Shown here in pieces: positions 46,838 to 61,100 of a stretch of DNA of 64,000 nt. The stretch's first letter is position 1. The number at the start of each line of letters is the position of its first letter. This stretch comes from Macrostomum hystrix. Taxonomy: Eukaryota > Animalia > Platyhelminthes. The translations under genes were made by a program, and so were the position numbers. Location of the stretch: the NCBI GenBank assembly GCA_950097015.1, contig CATNEN010000025.1:7998001-8062000 (forward strand), read 5' to 3'. The notes under the pieces were generated by a model. It was not told the DNA's origin and did no database searches. It saw nothing but the letters and a program-made list of their open reading frames with translations.

Positions 46838-49800
46838 TTAAACGAAGCCATCTTCGTATTTAAAGTTCGAGCTATCTCCACAGTCTGAGTTTGAGCCGCC
46901 ACCGTCGCTTCCAACGCCGCCGCCGCCGCCGTTATTGTCCAATGCCGTCAGCTGCAGAATCGGTGAAGACGGCGGACAATGCGATTCCATGATGGCTGAA
47001 GTAATCTGCTTCTCCTGGTGCGGCTGCCTCTCTGGCACTCGAACTATGCACCTCATCCGGAACTGATCGGCAGCTTCGTCGCTATCGTCGGCGCAGCTAA
47101 TATCGCCGACGGAAGCGGCGCTCAGACTAACCAGCGCCCGGTCGTTCTCAATCACGGCATTGTTGGTGTCGGCGTCGTCCAGTCTGTAGAGTTGAGACGG
47201 CAGCCGGGTGGTTGAGCACGAATCGATTGAGGCGGCTTCTTCTGCAAGGAACATTTTTTAGAAAGTTGTTAATTTTTTGTGTTTTCATCCATTCCAGTTG
47301 ACGTTTTTGAACAGGTAGTGATAGGCTTGTCTAATTAGCGTGAGAACAGGTGATAAGGAATGTCTAATTAGCGTGAGAACTGGTGATAAGGCTTGTTTCA
47401 TTAGCGTGAGAACAGGTGACTGGCTTGTCTCATTAGCGTGAGAACAGGTGATAAGGAATGTCTAATTAGCGTGAGAACTGGTGATAAGGCTTGTTTCATT
47501 AGCGTGAGAACAGGTGACTGGCTTGTCTCATTAGCGTGAGAACAGGTGATAAGGAATGTCTAATTAGCGTGAGAACTGGTGATAAGGAATGTTTCATTAG
47601 CGTGAGAACAGATGATAGGCTTGTCTCATGAGCGTGAGAACAGGTGATAGGCTTGTCTAATTAGCGTGAGAACTGGTGATAGGCTTGTCTCATTAGCGTG
47701 AGAACTGGTGATTAGCTTGTCTAATTAGCGTGAGAACAGGTGATAAGGAATGTCTAATTAGCGTGAGAACTGGTGATAGGCTTGTTTCATTAGCGTGAGA
47801 ACAGGTGATAAGGAATGTCTAATTAGCGTGAGAACTGGTGATAGGCTTGTTTCATTAGCGTGAGAACAGGTGATAAGGAATGTCTAATTAGTGTGAGAAC
47901 AGGTGATAAGGAATGTTTCATTAGCGTGAGAACAGATGATAGGCTTGTCAAATTAGCGTGAGAACAGGTGATAGGCTTGTCTAATTAGCGTGAAACTGGT
48001 GATAGACTTGTCTCATTAGCGTGAGAACAGGTGATAAGGAATGTCTAATTAGTGTGAGAACAGGTGATAAGGAATGTTTCATTAGCGTGAGAACAGATGA
48101 TAGGCTTGTCAAATTAGCGTGAGAACAGGTGATAGGCTTGTCTCATTAGCGTGAGAACAGGTGATAGGCTTGTCTAATTAGCGTGAAACTGGTGATAGAC
48201 TTGTCTCATTAGCGTGAGAACAGGTGATAGGCTTGTCTGATTAACGTGAGAACAGGTGACTGGCTTGTCTCATTAGCGTGAGAACAGGTAATAGGTTTGT
48301 CTCATTTGTGTGAGAACAGGTGATAGTTATCAAATTTTGTTCAGAACAGGTATAGGCCTTTGAAATTAGATTTAGCTAAAGTGACAATAAGCAGAGAAAA
48401 TAACAGGTAATACACTTTGTGGGTCAAACGAGACCCAAGGCAGTTATGAAAATTGATCCTCACTGTGATTGGCGTTGGTGTAGCTGCCACCACTACTAGA
48501 CGGCTGCTTCTTGTAGTGATTTGAGTTCATTGTCAGCTTGCGCACATTCTTCTCCGGTTGAAAGAAGATTATATACAGCTTTGGGGTAAACAAGCACACC
48601 AGAGCCACCGAGGCTGATAAGGAGATGCTCACGCACTGTGTTGTTATTTGTACCTGGTAAGGTAGACGCGAAATAAGAAGTGCATCGTGGAGTGGTGTGT
48701 TTGCTGAGGTGAGTACATCAGTACATCATTGCTGAGGTGAGTGCATGATCTTGTGAGTACATAGAAGGATGATCTTGTGAGTACAGTGAAGGATGATCTT
48801 GTGAGTACAGTGAAGGATGATCTTGTGAGTACAGTGAAGGATGATCTTGTGAGTACAGTGAAGGATGATCTTGTGAGTACAGTGAAGGATGATCTTGTGA
48901 GTACAGTGAAGGATGATCTTGTGAGTACAGTGAAGAATGATCTTGTGAGTACAGTGAAGGATGATCTTGTGAGTACAGTGAAGGATGATCTTGTGAGTAC
49001 AGTGAAGGATGATCTTGTGAGTACAGTGAAGGATGATCTTGTGAGTACAGTGAAGGATGATCTTGTGAGTACAGTGAAGGATGATCTTGTGAGTACATAG
49101 AAGGATGATCTTGTGAGTACATTGAAGGATGATCTTGTGAGCACATAGAAGGATGGGCTTGTGAGTACATTTAAGGATGATCTTGTGAGTACAGTGAAGG
49201 ATAATCTTGTGAGTACAGTGAAGGATGATCTTGTGAGTACATTTAAGGATGATCCTGTGAGTTCATAGAAGTATGATCTTGTGAGTACAGTGAAGGATGA
49301 TCTTGTGAGTACAGTGAAGGATAATCTTGTGAGTACAGTGAAGTATGATCTTGTGAGTACAGTGAAGGATAATCTTGTGAGTACAGTGAAGGATAATCTT
49401 GTGAGTACAGTGAAGGATGATCTTGTGAGTACAGTGAAGGATGATCTTGTGAGTTCATAGAAGTATGATCTTGTGAGTACAGTGAAGGATGATCTTGTGA
49501 GTACAGTGAAGGATGATCTTGTGAGTACCTCATACGACGAATGAGTTCCATAGTACAACGGCACGAAGGCTAGCCAAATGATGCAGGTTGTGTACATTGT
49601 GAAGCCGATAAATTTCGACTCGTTGAAATTCTCCGGAATGCGTCTAGTCTTGATGGCATAATAGGTGCAGATCATAATTAGGATGACATTGTAGAGCAGG
49701 GATACTAGAAATGATTTATCGTCAATGCGGCATCGCAGGATGGCTTCCAGTCGTTGGGGATGATAAATTCTGGTGCCAGGATGACTCAGCACCAGCCAGA

Positions 49801-52800
49801 TGAGGGTGCTGACCAGCTGGACGCTGATAAGTGCTCCGCCAATCAGCAGCTGGGAGCGGGGCGAGATGAATGGCGGCCGTTTGGCGCTTCGGCTGGCGGC
49901 GTCGAAGATTCGGGCAATCCGATTGGTCTTCGTCAGCAGGGAGGCGTAGATGACGGCGAAGCCTAGGCCGATGCCGATTCGCTGCAAGGCGCAGGTGAAC
50001 GCGCTTGGCTTAGTGATGAGCAGGAAGGTCATGAGGTAGCAGATTAGGCAACCAGTCAGCAGCAGGTAGCTCAGCTCGCGACCTGAGGCCTTCACTAGTG
50101 GGGTCTCATTGTAGCGCATGAAGGTGACAATCACGAAGCAGGTGGCCATAATGCCAACAGCGCTAAGAATCATTGGGACTATGGAATACCAGCTGCTCCA
50201 CTGCATGTAGTGAATCTGCGGATGAGGAGATAGCGGGTGAGTTCATGCATGAGTTCATGAGTGAGTTCATGCATGAGTTCATGAGTGAGTTCATGTGGTG
50301 AGTTCATGAGTGAGTTCATGTGGTGAGTTCATGAGTGAGTTCATGTGGTGAGTTCATGAGTGAGTTCATGTGGTGAGTTCATGAGTGAGTTCATGAGTGA
50401 CTTCATGAGTGAGTAGTTCGTGTGTGAGTTCATGAGTGAGTTCATGAGTGAGTTCATGTGTGAGTTCATGTGGTGAGTTCATGAGTGAGTTCATGAGTGA
50501 GTTCATGAGTGACTTCATGAGTGAGTAGTTCGTGTGTGAGTTCATGAGTGAGTTCATGAGTGAGTTCATGAGTGAGTTCATGAGTGAGTAGTTCATGAGT
50601 GAGTTCATGAGTGAGTAGTTCATGTGTGAGTTCATGAGTGAGTTCATGAGTGAGTTGATGAGTGAGTTCATGATTTAGTTCATGAGTGAGTTCATGAGTG
50701 AGTTCATGAGTGAGTAGTTCATGTGTGAGTTCATGAGTGAGTTCATGAGTGAGTTCATGAGTGAGTTCATGTGTGAGTTCATGAGTGAGTAAGAATTTAT
50801 TTATCGCACCAAAACACTCTACTACTGGCAGTATGTCCAACACTCGCACAGATTTCTTGGAAGGAAAACAGTGTTGTCGAATGTCTTTTGAGGGAAACTA
50901 TATTTTTTTCTGCTCATTAATTGTTGCAATAGAATACTGTTGCATATTTGACTGGTCTGAAGTCAAGAAAACAACAGGAACAAAGTTTTCTTTTGAAAAA
51001 GGATTAATTATCTTCAGTGGAAATCTGGAAATAGATATTGAGCAACCGGATTGCCACAGGGAAGTGACGAAGGAAGCAGGTCTTGTCAGGGTATGTATAA
51101 AATTCTTTAAACTTGAGCAAGGAAAACATTATTTTACTTTCGCCCAAAGCAAAGTGGAACTGACTTTTATCTGTCAGTGAAATAACAGTACTAAGAACCA
51201 CTGGAGGTATTTGATATACCCCAAGATTTCTACTATTTAGAGCATTGCGAAAGCGCCCTTCGGGGTCCAGACAGGGAAACAGAATGTCGGCTAATTTGAC
51301 ACTTGCCAATCAGCTGGCTAATTAGACTATTGAACTATTGTTCTTATTTTATCCTTACCTGGGCCCTCTCCAAGCCCGAAAATTTTCGCGATGTACTTTT
51401 CATTCAACTTGCCTTCGAATATTCCATTTCGCCTTGTCCAACTGCACATCCCACCCACACACAGCTGAGAGACGTGCCACTTTCTGGCACAAATCCCTTT
51501 CGAGGGGAAAAATCTCCCATCCATCTATCAGTCACGAATTTTGCCCCACCCCATCCATTTTTCCCTCACAATCTTTCGGCATAAATACTTATAGCCTGTA
51601 CCTGACTGCTCATCACAGTTAGTTATGGGACTGCCTCGACAAATGTTGAGTAGAAAGTGAATTTAAATCAAAGTCTGTAAAAGTAATTTCCGTCCTAATC
51701 CAGGTGGCGGATTAGCTGATTGGCGATTGGCAATTTGAGCAAAGACTTTTTCTTACGCGTTTATTCGAAGAAATGACACAATTTCTGTCCCAGCAAAAAT
51801 TGGGACACACTCAAAGCTCTGGTCGATAAAACTCAACCAAGTTAGATCCTTATGTACGAGGTGAACTATCGTATAAACTATTTTTATTCTCCTTTTTTTG
51901 AAAAAGAAAAAAAAATTCGATCAAGGCCAGTTTTGAGTGGGCTTTTTGCCCAGTGTAACAATTAGACTTAGGTATCCAATGACATCATTAGTCAGTTCAA
52001 GCTCTAATACATGCAATTTTTTTAGTACAAGTTTCTATATTTTATTGATTCCCTTTTTTCTGCGTGTTGATCGCACAGCATTGGTGAGATTGTGCGACAT
52101 TGGGAAATCCCATTGGAATTAACAATTGGTTTAGATACTAAAAAGGCTGTATGATTTATTAAGCACTGTCATCTCTTCCACGCCAAGATGAAACCAATTT
52201 TATCCCAAAATTTTATTACCCAACTAGCCATAAACTATCTGAGTAGGGAAATATTATTTGCTTGTAGGATGACTGAAAATCTTCTTGCAAATTGTAGATG
52301 GAAATTTGTTTGACATTTGATTTTGATCTTTCCAGAAGTTTTTGTTAAAAACACAAATCACACTCGACTCGGTCACATCAGGATTTCCGACAGGAACAAA
52401 CCTACTTTGGTAATGAGACCAAAGGGCTTTGAGAAAGTCTGTTCTTTAATCCAATCCAACCCAATATAAGTTAACTCCTGATAATCCAACCCAAGATAAT
52501 CCAATCCAAGATAATCCAACCCAAGATAATCCACAAGATATTCCAATCCAAGATAATCCACAAGATAATCCACAAGATAATCCAACCCAAGATAATCCAA
52601 CCCAAGATAATCCAACCCAAGATAATCCACAAGATAATCCAATCCAAGATAATCCACAAGATATTCCAACCCAAGATAATCCACAAGATAATCCACAAGA
52701 TATTCCAACCCAAGATAATCCAACACAAGATAATCCAACCCAAGATAATCCAACCCAAGATAATCCAACCCAAGATAATCCACAAGATAATCCAATCCAA

Positions 52801-53934
52801 GATAATCCACAAGATATTCCAACCCAAGATAATCCACAAGATAATCCACAAGATATTCCAACCCAAGATAATCCACAAGATAATCCAACCCAAGATAATC
52901 CACAAGATAATCCACAAGATATTCCAACCCAAGATAATCCACAAGATAATCCAACCCAAGATAATCCAACCCAAGATAATCCAACCCAAGATAATCCAAT
53001 CCAACCCAAGATAATCCAACCCAAGATAATCCAATCCAACCCAAGATAATCCACAAGATAATCCAACCCAAGATAATCCAACCCAAGATAATCCAACCCA
53101 AGATAATCCAACCCAAGATAATCCAACCCAAGATAATCCAACCCAAGATAATCCAACCCAAGATAATCCAACCCAAGATAATCCAACCCAAGATAATCCA
53201 ACCCAAGATAATCCAACCCAAGATAATCCAACCCAAGATAATCCAATCCAACCCAAGATAATCCAATCCAACCCAAGATAATCCAATCCAATCCAATCCA
53301 ATCCAATCCAATCCAATCCAATCCAGTCCAATCCAATCCAATCCAATTCAATCCAATCCAATCCAATCCAACCCAAGACAATCCAATCCAACCCAAGACA
53401 ATCCAATCCAATCCAATCCAATCCAATCCAGTCCAATCCAGTCCAATCTAATCCAATCCAATCCAATCCAATCCAATCCAATCCAATCCAATCCAATCCA
53501 ATCCATTCCAATCCAATCCAATCCAATCCAATCCAATCCATCACTCACATGCAGCGGAACGCAAGCAGTTCTATCCGCTGTCGGGCCGTCATCTTCGCCG
53601 CAGTCGATGCAGTCGTCCCCAGCTTCGTTGGTCCGCTGATGCGGCTGGCAGTCGCCGCAGGTCCAGCAGCACTTGTCCTTGTTCGCATCCTTATTTGAGT
53701 ACATCTTCTTCTGGCCCACCGCGCACTCCTCGCTGCACCTGGAGATTGGAACGTCCAAGACGCCGTTGACCCAGTAGACTTGGTCAGTCCAGGACAGGCC
53801 GCTGCCCTTGCGCCATTCGCCAACTGGCCGATAATCCAGGTGTTTGGTCTCTCGATTGCGCCGATAATTGTAGATTATGTAGGTGCCGATGCCATCTCCG
53901 GATTTGGTGTACTGGACGTTGCGGTTCGCAGAGT
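46838..53934 (-). CDS. Metabotropic glutamate receptor-like class C GPCR, 3' portion (end of ligand-binding domain, Cys-rich domain, 7TM, C-tail)
   Basis: Exons 53934-53549, 50215-49529, 48653-48464, 47241-46838, phases consistent. Cys-rich SRCSEEC..CCWTC..C..C; 7TM motifs TPLVKASGREL, SLLTKTNRIARIF, IPENFNESKFIGFTMYTTCIIWLAF, LFTPKLYII. Most Venus-flytrap exons were not found in the window. Confidence 0.92.
47325..48320. repeat. 32-33-bp minisatellite (TTAGCGTGAGAACAGGTGATAGGCTTGTCTCA)
   Basis: About 30 units. Confidence 0.92.
48750..49528. repeat. 24-bp minisatellite starting at the GPCR splice donor
   Basis: Sense-strand unit GTACTCACAAGATCATCCTTCACT, about 32 units. Confidence 0.94.
50238..50790. 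repeat. 12-bp minisatellite (GAGTTCATGAGT)
   Basis: Period 12 with 14-15-bp variants. Confidence 0.92.
52450..53540. repeat. (CCAAT)n pentamer grading into CCAAGATAAT-containing 10/15-mers
   Basis: Direct reading; begins 8 nt after the GPCR donor at 53548. Confidence 0.93.
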
Positions 53935-54089
53935 CTGTTTGTTTGGGGATTCGGTGTTTGAGTAGCTTTCCTGTTTGAGTAGTATTCCAATGACAGCTTG
54001 CGTATAGATTTCTACCAGATTCTTAGCATAGGTAATTTTTCTCCCCGATCCCGGTAACATTCACTCTATCCTCAGTATAGGGTTTTTAT

Positions 54090-54780
54090 TCCCGAAATCC
54101 TCGATATGGGAATTTTTATCTACGAAATCCTCGGTATGGGATTTTTTATATTCAAAATCCTCGGTATGGGATTTCTATATCCACTATGTGGATTTTTATC
54201 ACCAAAATCCTCGGTATGGGATTTCTATATCCATTATTGGGATTTTTATATTCAAAATCCTCGGTATGGGATTTTAATCTTCAAGATCCTCGGTATGGGA
54301 TTTTAATCTTCAAGATCCTCGGTATGGGATTTCTATATCCGCTATTGTGATTTTTATCACCAAAATCCTCGGTATGGGATTTCTATATCCGCTATTGTGA
54401 TTTTTATCACCAAAATCCTCGGTATGGGATTTCTATATCCGCTATTGTGATTTTTATCACCAAAATCCTCGGTATGGGATTTCTATATCCGCTATTGTGA
54501 TTTTTATCACCAAAATCCTCGGAATGGGATTTCTATATCCACTATTGGGATTTTTATCACCAAAATCCTCGGTATGGGATTTCTATATCCACTATGTGGA
54601 TTTTTATCACCAAAATCCTCGGTATGGGATTTCTATATCCGCTATTGTGATTTTTATCACCAAAATCCTCGGTATGGGATTTCTATATCCGCTATTGTGA
54701 TTTTTATCACCAAAATCCTCGGAATGGGATTTCTATATCCACTATGTGGATTTTTATCACCAAAATCCTCGGTATCCTCG
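54090..54780. repeat. 50-bp minisatellite
   Basis: CAAAATCCTCGGTATGGGATTTCTATATCCGCTATTGTGATTTTTATCAC. Confidence 0.9.
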
Positions 54781-55404
54781 ATTTTTAATCTCTCTAAAAT
54801 TCAGGGTTTGGTGATTTTTCTCCGCAGATTTTCAATATGGGATTTCTCCCAAATTCTGAGGAAGAGAATGTTTCTCCCAGATCTTCATTGCTTTCTAGGA
54901 GATGTTGCCTGCTTTTTTACCCGGATCCCTCAAGTGTGAGTGGCTGCCACAGTCTTATCTAGTTGGCTCATTAATCAAACCTATTAATCACGCATATATC
55001 GCTATCACACCGAGGCATTCTTTCCTTTACGGCTGCTCAATCCGATGGCCGCAACAGAATGTAGACAAAAATATTGCGTTTATCCCCTCCAATAGATAGG
55101 GGAGAGAAGGAGAGAAACTACCCGGCTTGAGCTGGGTCTACTCGAAGCGGCTAAAAAAATTGAATTTCTACCTAATTAGGCCATTCAGATCGACTGTGGC
55201 GGTGAGGATGGGGGTTGATATTAGGCGGAAGACCAAAGGAAAAACTTCCTTTTCTATCTTGTTATTTCTTTCCAACCCAAACTAACAAACATTGATGTAC
55301 ATCATGACTCAGGTCTCAAAAGTGCCACCAATAACCATTGTTATCGGAATTAGCCAGCAAGCGTTTGCCAACATTAAACATAAGATTCTATGTGTTCATA
55401 CTTT

Positions 55405-56545
55405 TGGCCTTCGTCTCATATGAGATTCTCATCTCACAATTGTTTGATTTCAGTCTCATGTGAGATTCTCTTCTCACAATAGTTTGATTTCAGTCTCATG
55501 TGAGATTCTCATCTCACAATAGTTTGATTTCAGTCTCATGTGAGATTCTCATCTCACAATAGTTTGATTTCAGTCTCATTTGAGATTCTCATCTCACAAT
55601 TGTTTGATTTCAGTCTCATGTGCATGTGAGATTCTCATCTCACAATTGTTTGATTTCAGTCTCATATGAGATTCTCATCTCACAATTGTTTGATTTCAGT
55701 CTCATCTCACAATAGTTAGATTTCAGTCTCATATGAGATTCTCATCTCTCAATTGTTAGATTTCAGTCTCATGTGAGATTCTCATCTCACAATTGTTTGA
55801 CTTCAGTCTCATGTGAGATTTCAGTCTTATATGAGATTCTCATCTCACAATTGTTTGATTTCAGTCTCACGTGAGATTCTCATCTCACAATTGTTAGATT
55901 TCAGTCTCATGTGAGATTCTCATCTCTCAATTGTTAGATTTCAGTCTCATATGAGATTCTCATCTCACAATAGTTTGATTTCAGTCTCATGTGAGATTCT
56001 CATCTCACAATTGTTTGATTTCAGTCTCACGTGAGATTCTCATCTCACGATTGTTAGATTTCAGTCTCATGTGAGATTCTCATCTCCCAATTGTTAGATT
56101 TCAGTCTCATATGAGATTCTCATCTCACAATAGTTTGATTTCAGTCTCATGTGAGATTCTGATCTCACAACAGTTAAATTTCAGTCTCATGTGAGATTCT
56201 CATCTCACAATTGTTAGATTTCAGTCTAAAATGCGATTCTCATCTCACTATTGTTTGATTTCAGTCTCATGTGAGATTCTCATCTCACAATAGTTAGATT
56301 TCAGTCTCATGTGAGATTCTCATCTCACAATTGTTTGATTTCAGTCTCATGTGAGATTCTCATCTCTCAATTGTATATTTCAGTCTCATTTGAGATTTCA
56401 GTCTCATGTGAGATTCTCATCTCACAACAGTTAAATTTCAGTTTCATGTGAGATTTCAGTCTTATGTGAGATTTTAGTCTTATATGAGATTCTCATCTCA
56501 CAATATTTAGATTTCAGTCTCATGTGAGATTCTCATCTCACAATA
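55405..56545. repeat. 40-bp minisatellite with internal TCTCA-TG-TGAGA inverted repeat
   Basis: About 28 units. Confidence 0.92.
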
Positions 56546-57214
56546 GAATATCAACACGGAAATTGTAGTCGGTATTTCAGTTGATCCCTGCAATGCTTAA
56601 GCAAATCAAATCTGCTTCAAACTGAGGAGGCATAGATTGAAATGATTGTAGCGACACACCGAATCGATGACTCGGTGTGTCGGAGTGGCTGGTCGAAATC
56701 ACACTGAGCATCGCAAGAAATCTCATCCACTCTCCAGCAGGCGGTTCTGTCCGGTCCCGACAAAAATTTAGAGAGAAGAGATCCCATTTTTATCCCACCC
56801 CAGATTCCACTCCCTTCGCGGCCAAAGTTCTCTATCCCTCCCTCCTGCTCCCCCCCCGCCCCAGCATTTTTTCGGCGAGAGTTCGGCAATCGATCCGATC
56901 CGCCTTGGCCCTCGCCCATTCCGTCACTGCCAGGCTATAGAAAAACAAGCCGACGCACACTGGAAAAAAAAGATTCCCAACGGCAGCGGTAGTTGCTTCT
57001 TCGAGTGGGTCTAGAAACTGCTCTACGCATTTCGCTGAGAGCTTGCTTGAAATTTTATTTATTTTTTTTACCTAATTAGCACTAAAAAGTCTGTGAGGGA
57101 TTCTGAGAGCTATGCGACTGTTGAGTTACATTTTATCGAGTGTGGAAGCTTAATACTGTCTCCTGAAATTCCTCGATTAGGAAAACCGCGAATATAATAG
57201 CACAAATTTTAAAT

Positions 57215-57530
57215 CCAAAATCCCGAATCCCGAATCCAGCATCCGGAATCCGGAATCCAAAGTCCTGAATCCTGAATCCTGAATCCTGAATCCTAGATCC
57301 GGAATCCGGAATCCGGAATCCTCAATCCGGAATCCTGAATCCGGAGTCCTGAATCCTGAAACCTGAATCCAAAGTCCTGAATCCTGAAACCAGAATCCGG
57401 AATCCTAGATCCGGAGTCCTGAAACCTGAATCTTGAATCCGAAGTCCTGAATCCCGAAGTCCTGAATCCTGAATCCTGAATCCTAAATCCGGAGTCCTGA
57501 AACCTGAATCCAGAATCTTGAATCCTAAAT
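57215..57530. repeat. 6-7-bp repeat (GAATCCT / GAATCCG)
   Basis: Direct reading. Confidence 0.88.
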
Positions 57531-58129
57531 TGTGAATCTCGATTTCCGAATTTTATATCAGAATGCAGAATCCCTAATCCCGGATCGTAAAATTCAAACT
57601 GGAATCCTGACACACTAAGTTAGTTAAAATTTGAATCCTGTGTCGCTCACACCGAATCTTAGAACCAGACTCTTAGAATCCAATGTCACGAAATTCCTAA
57701 TCTATAATTTGTACTTTTGTAATTATAATTATAAAATCCTGTACATAAAATATCTAGCTATTTACAAAGTCACGAATTGTCTTTGAAAGAATTGTAATTA
57801 CACAATGTCTGCCCTTTGTAACTCGAAGCAGATATTAATAGGTAAATTAATACACGTTACACAGCTAAAGAACGATTAGCGTCCTCAGCAGAAAATTTTA
57901 TTTAGGACAGTCCCTAAAACGAGAACACACAAAGCAACAATAAAAAACTAACAATGATATTAGATTGCTGCAAAATGCTATGATTGGAAAAAGAAGAGGT
58001 GCAATCAATTATGTATCTGAACTGCAACAGACGGGTGAACATGATACTTACATGATACTTACATGATACTCGTACGTTGGCGAAAGAGGCAAAATGATTC
58101 TGGCTAGGGATTGCTATCGATGAATCAAT

Positions 58130-61100
58130 TACAGCTGCTGCAATTCTACCCGATGTTACTGCTGCGATTCTAGCCAATGCTCCTGTTGCGATTCTAGCCA
58201 ATGCTCCTGCTGCGATTCTTGACAATACTCCTGCTACAATTCTACCCGATGTTACTGCTGCGATTCTAGCCAATGCTCCTGTTGCGATTCTAGCCAATGC
58301 TCCTGCTGCGATTCTTGACAATACTCCTGCTACAATTCTACCCGATGTTACTGCTGCGATTCTAGCCAATGCTCCTGTTGCGATTCTAGCCAATGCTCCT
58401 GCTGCGATTCTTGACAATACTCCTGCTACAATTCTACCCGATGTTACTGCTGCGATTCTAGCCAATGCTCCTGTTGCGATTCTAGCCAATGCTCCTGCTG
58501 CGATTCTTGACAATACTCCTGCTACAATTCTACCCGATGTTACTGCTGCGATTCTAGACAATACTCCTGCTGCGATTCTAGACAATACTCCTGCTGCGAT
58601 TCTAGACAATACTCCTGCTGCAATTCTACCCGATGTTACTGCTGCGATTCTAGACAATACTCCTGCTGCGATTCTAGCCAATACTCCTGCTGCGATTCTA
58701 GACAATGCTCCTGCTGCGATTCTTGACAATACTCCTGCTGCGATTCTTGACAATACTCCAGCTGCGATTCTAGCCAATGCTCCTGTTGCGATTCTAGCCA
58801 ATGCTCCTGTTGCGATTCTTGACAATACTCCAGCTGCGATTCTAGCCAATGCTCCTGTTGCGATTCTAGCCAATGCTCCTGCTGCGATTCTTGACAATAC
58901 TCCTGCTGCGATTCTAGACAATTCTCCTGCTGCGATTCTTGACAATACTCCTGCTGCGATTCTTGACAATACTCCTGCTGCGATTCTAGCCAATGCTCCT
59001 GTTGCGATTCTAGCCAATGCTCCTGCTGCGATTCTTGACAATACTCCTGCTACAATTCTACCCGATGTTACTGCTGCGATTCTAGACAATACTCCTGCTG
59101 CGATTCTAGCCAATACTCCTGCTGCGATTCTAGCCAATGCTCCTGCTGCGATTCTTGACAATACTCCTGCTGCGATTCTAGCCAATACTCCTGCTGCGAT
59201 TCTAGCCAATGCTCCTGCTGCGATTCTAGACAATACTCCTGCTGCGATTCTACCCGATGCTACTGCTGCGATTCTAGACAATGCTGCTGCTGCGATTCTA
59301 GACAATACTCCTGCTGCGATTCTAGACAATGCTCCTGCTGCGATTCTAGACAATGCTCCTGCTGCGATTCTAGACAATACTCTTGCTGCGATTCTACCCG
59401 ATGCTACTGCTGCGATTCTAGACAATACTCCTGCTGCGATTCTAGACAATGCTCCTGCTGCGATTCTTGACAATTCTCCTGCTGCGATTGTAGACAATGC
59501 TCCTGCTGCGATTCTAGACAATACTCCTGCTGCGATTCTAGACAATACTCCTGCTGCGATTCTACCCGATGCTACTGCTACGATTCTTGACAATGCTCTT
59601 GCTGCGATTCTTGAAAATTCTCCTGCTGCGATTCTTGACAATACTCATGCTGCGATTCTAGACAATGCTCCTGCTGCGATTCTTGACAATTCTCCTGCTG
59701 CGATTCTAGACAATACTCCTGCTGCGATTCTAGACAATACTCTTGCTGCGATTCTAGACAATTCTCCTGCTGCGATTCTAGACAATTCTCCTGCTGCGAT
59801 TCTAGACAATACTCCTGCTGCGATTCTAGACAATGCTCCTGCTGCGATTCTTGACAATTCTCCTGCTGCGATTCTAGACAATACTCCTGCTGCGATTCTA
59901 GACAATACTCTTGCTGCGATTCTAGACAATTCTCCTGCTGCGATTCTAGACAATGCTCCTGCTGCGATTCTTGACAATTCTCCTGCTGCGATTCTAGACA
60001 ATACTCCTGCTGCGATTCTAGACAATACTCCTGCTGCGATTCTAGACAATACTCCTGCTGCGATTCTAGAAAATGCTCCTGCTGCGATTCTAGACAATTC
60101 TCCTGCTGCGATTCTAGACAATACTCCTGCTGCGATTCTAGACAATACTCCTGCTGCGATTCTAGACAATACTCCTGCTGCGATTCTAGACAATGCTCCT
60201 GCTGCGATTCTAGACAATACTCCTGCTGCGATTCTAGACAATGCTCCTGCTGCGATTCTAGACAATACTCCTGCTGCGATTCTAGACAATGCTCCTGCTG
60301 CGATTCTAGACAATGCTCCTGCTGCGATTATAGACAATACTCTTGCTGCGATTCTACCCGATGCTACTGCTGCGACTCTAGACAATGCTGCTGCTGCGAT
60401 TCTAGACAATACTCCTGCTGCGATTCTACCCGATGCTACTGCTGCGATTCTAGACAATGCTCCTGCTGCGATTCTAGACAATGCTCCTGCTGCGATTCTA
60501 GACAATACTCCTGCTGCGATTCTACCCGATGCTACTGCTGCGATTCTTGACAATGCTCCTGCTGCGATTCTAGACAATACTCCTGCTGCGATTCTAGACA
60601 ATGCTCCTGCTGCGATTCTAGACAATGCTCCTGCTGCGATTATAGACAATACTCTTGCTGCGATTCTATCCGATGCTACTGCTGCGATTCTAGACAATGC
60701 TGCTGCTGCGATTCTAGACAATACTCCTGCTGCGATTCTACCCGATGCTACTGCTGCGATTCTAGACAATGCTCCTGCTGCGATTCTAGACAATGCTCCT
60801 GCTGCGATTCTAGACAATGCTCCTGCTGCGATTCTAGACAATGCTCCTGCTGCGATTCTAGACAATGCTCCTGCTGCGATTATAGACAATACTCTTGCTG
60901 CGATTCTACCCGATGCTACTGCTGCGATTCTAGACAATGCTGCTGCTGCGATTCTAGACAATACTCCTGCTGCGATTCTAGACAATGCTCCTGCTGCGAT
61001 TCTAGACAATGCTCCTGCTGCGATTATAGACAATACTCTTGCTGCGATTCTACCCGATGCTACTGCTGCGATTCTAGACAATGCTGCTGCTGCGATTCTA

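Noticed and set aside
52373-53544. Three overlapping ORFs over 320 aa (LDWIG/LDYLG repeats)
   Set aside because: Pentamer-derived microsatellite in a GPCR intron.
56617-56919. ORF with GPDRTAC resembling the end of the GPCR Cys-rich domain
   Set aside because: Only a short match; the rest lacks the expected cysteine spacing, splice sites and TM1.
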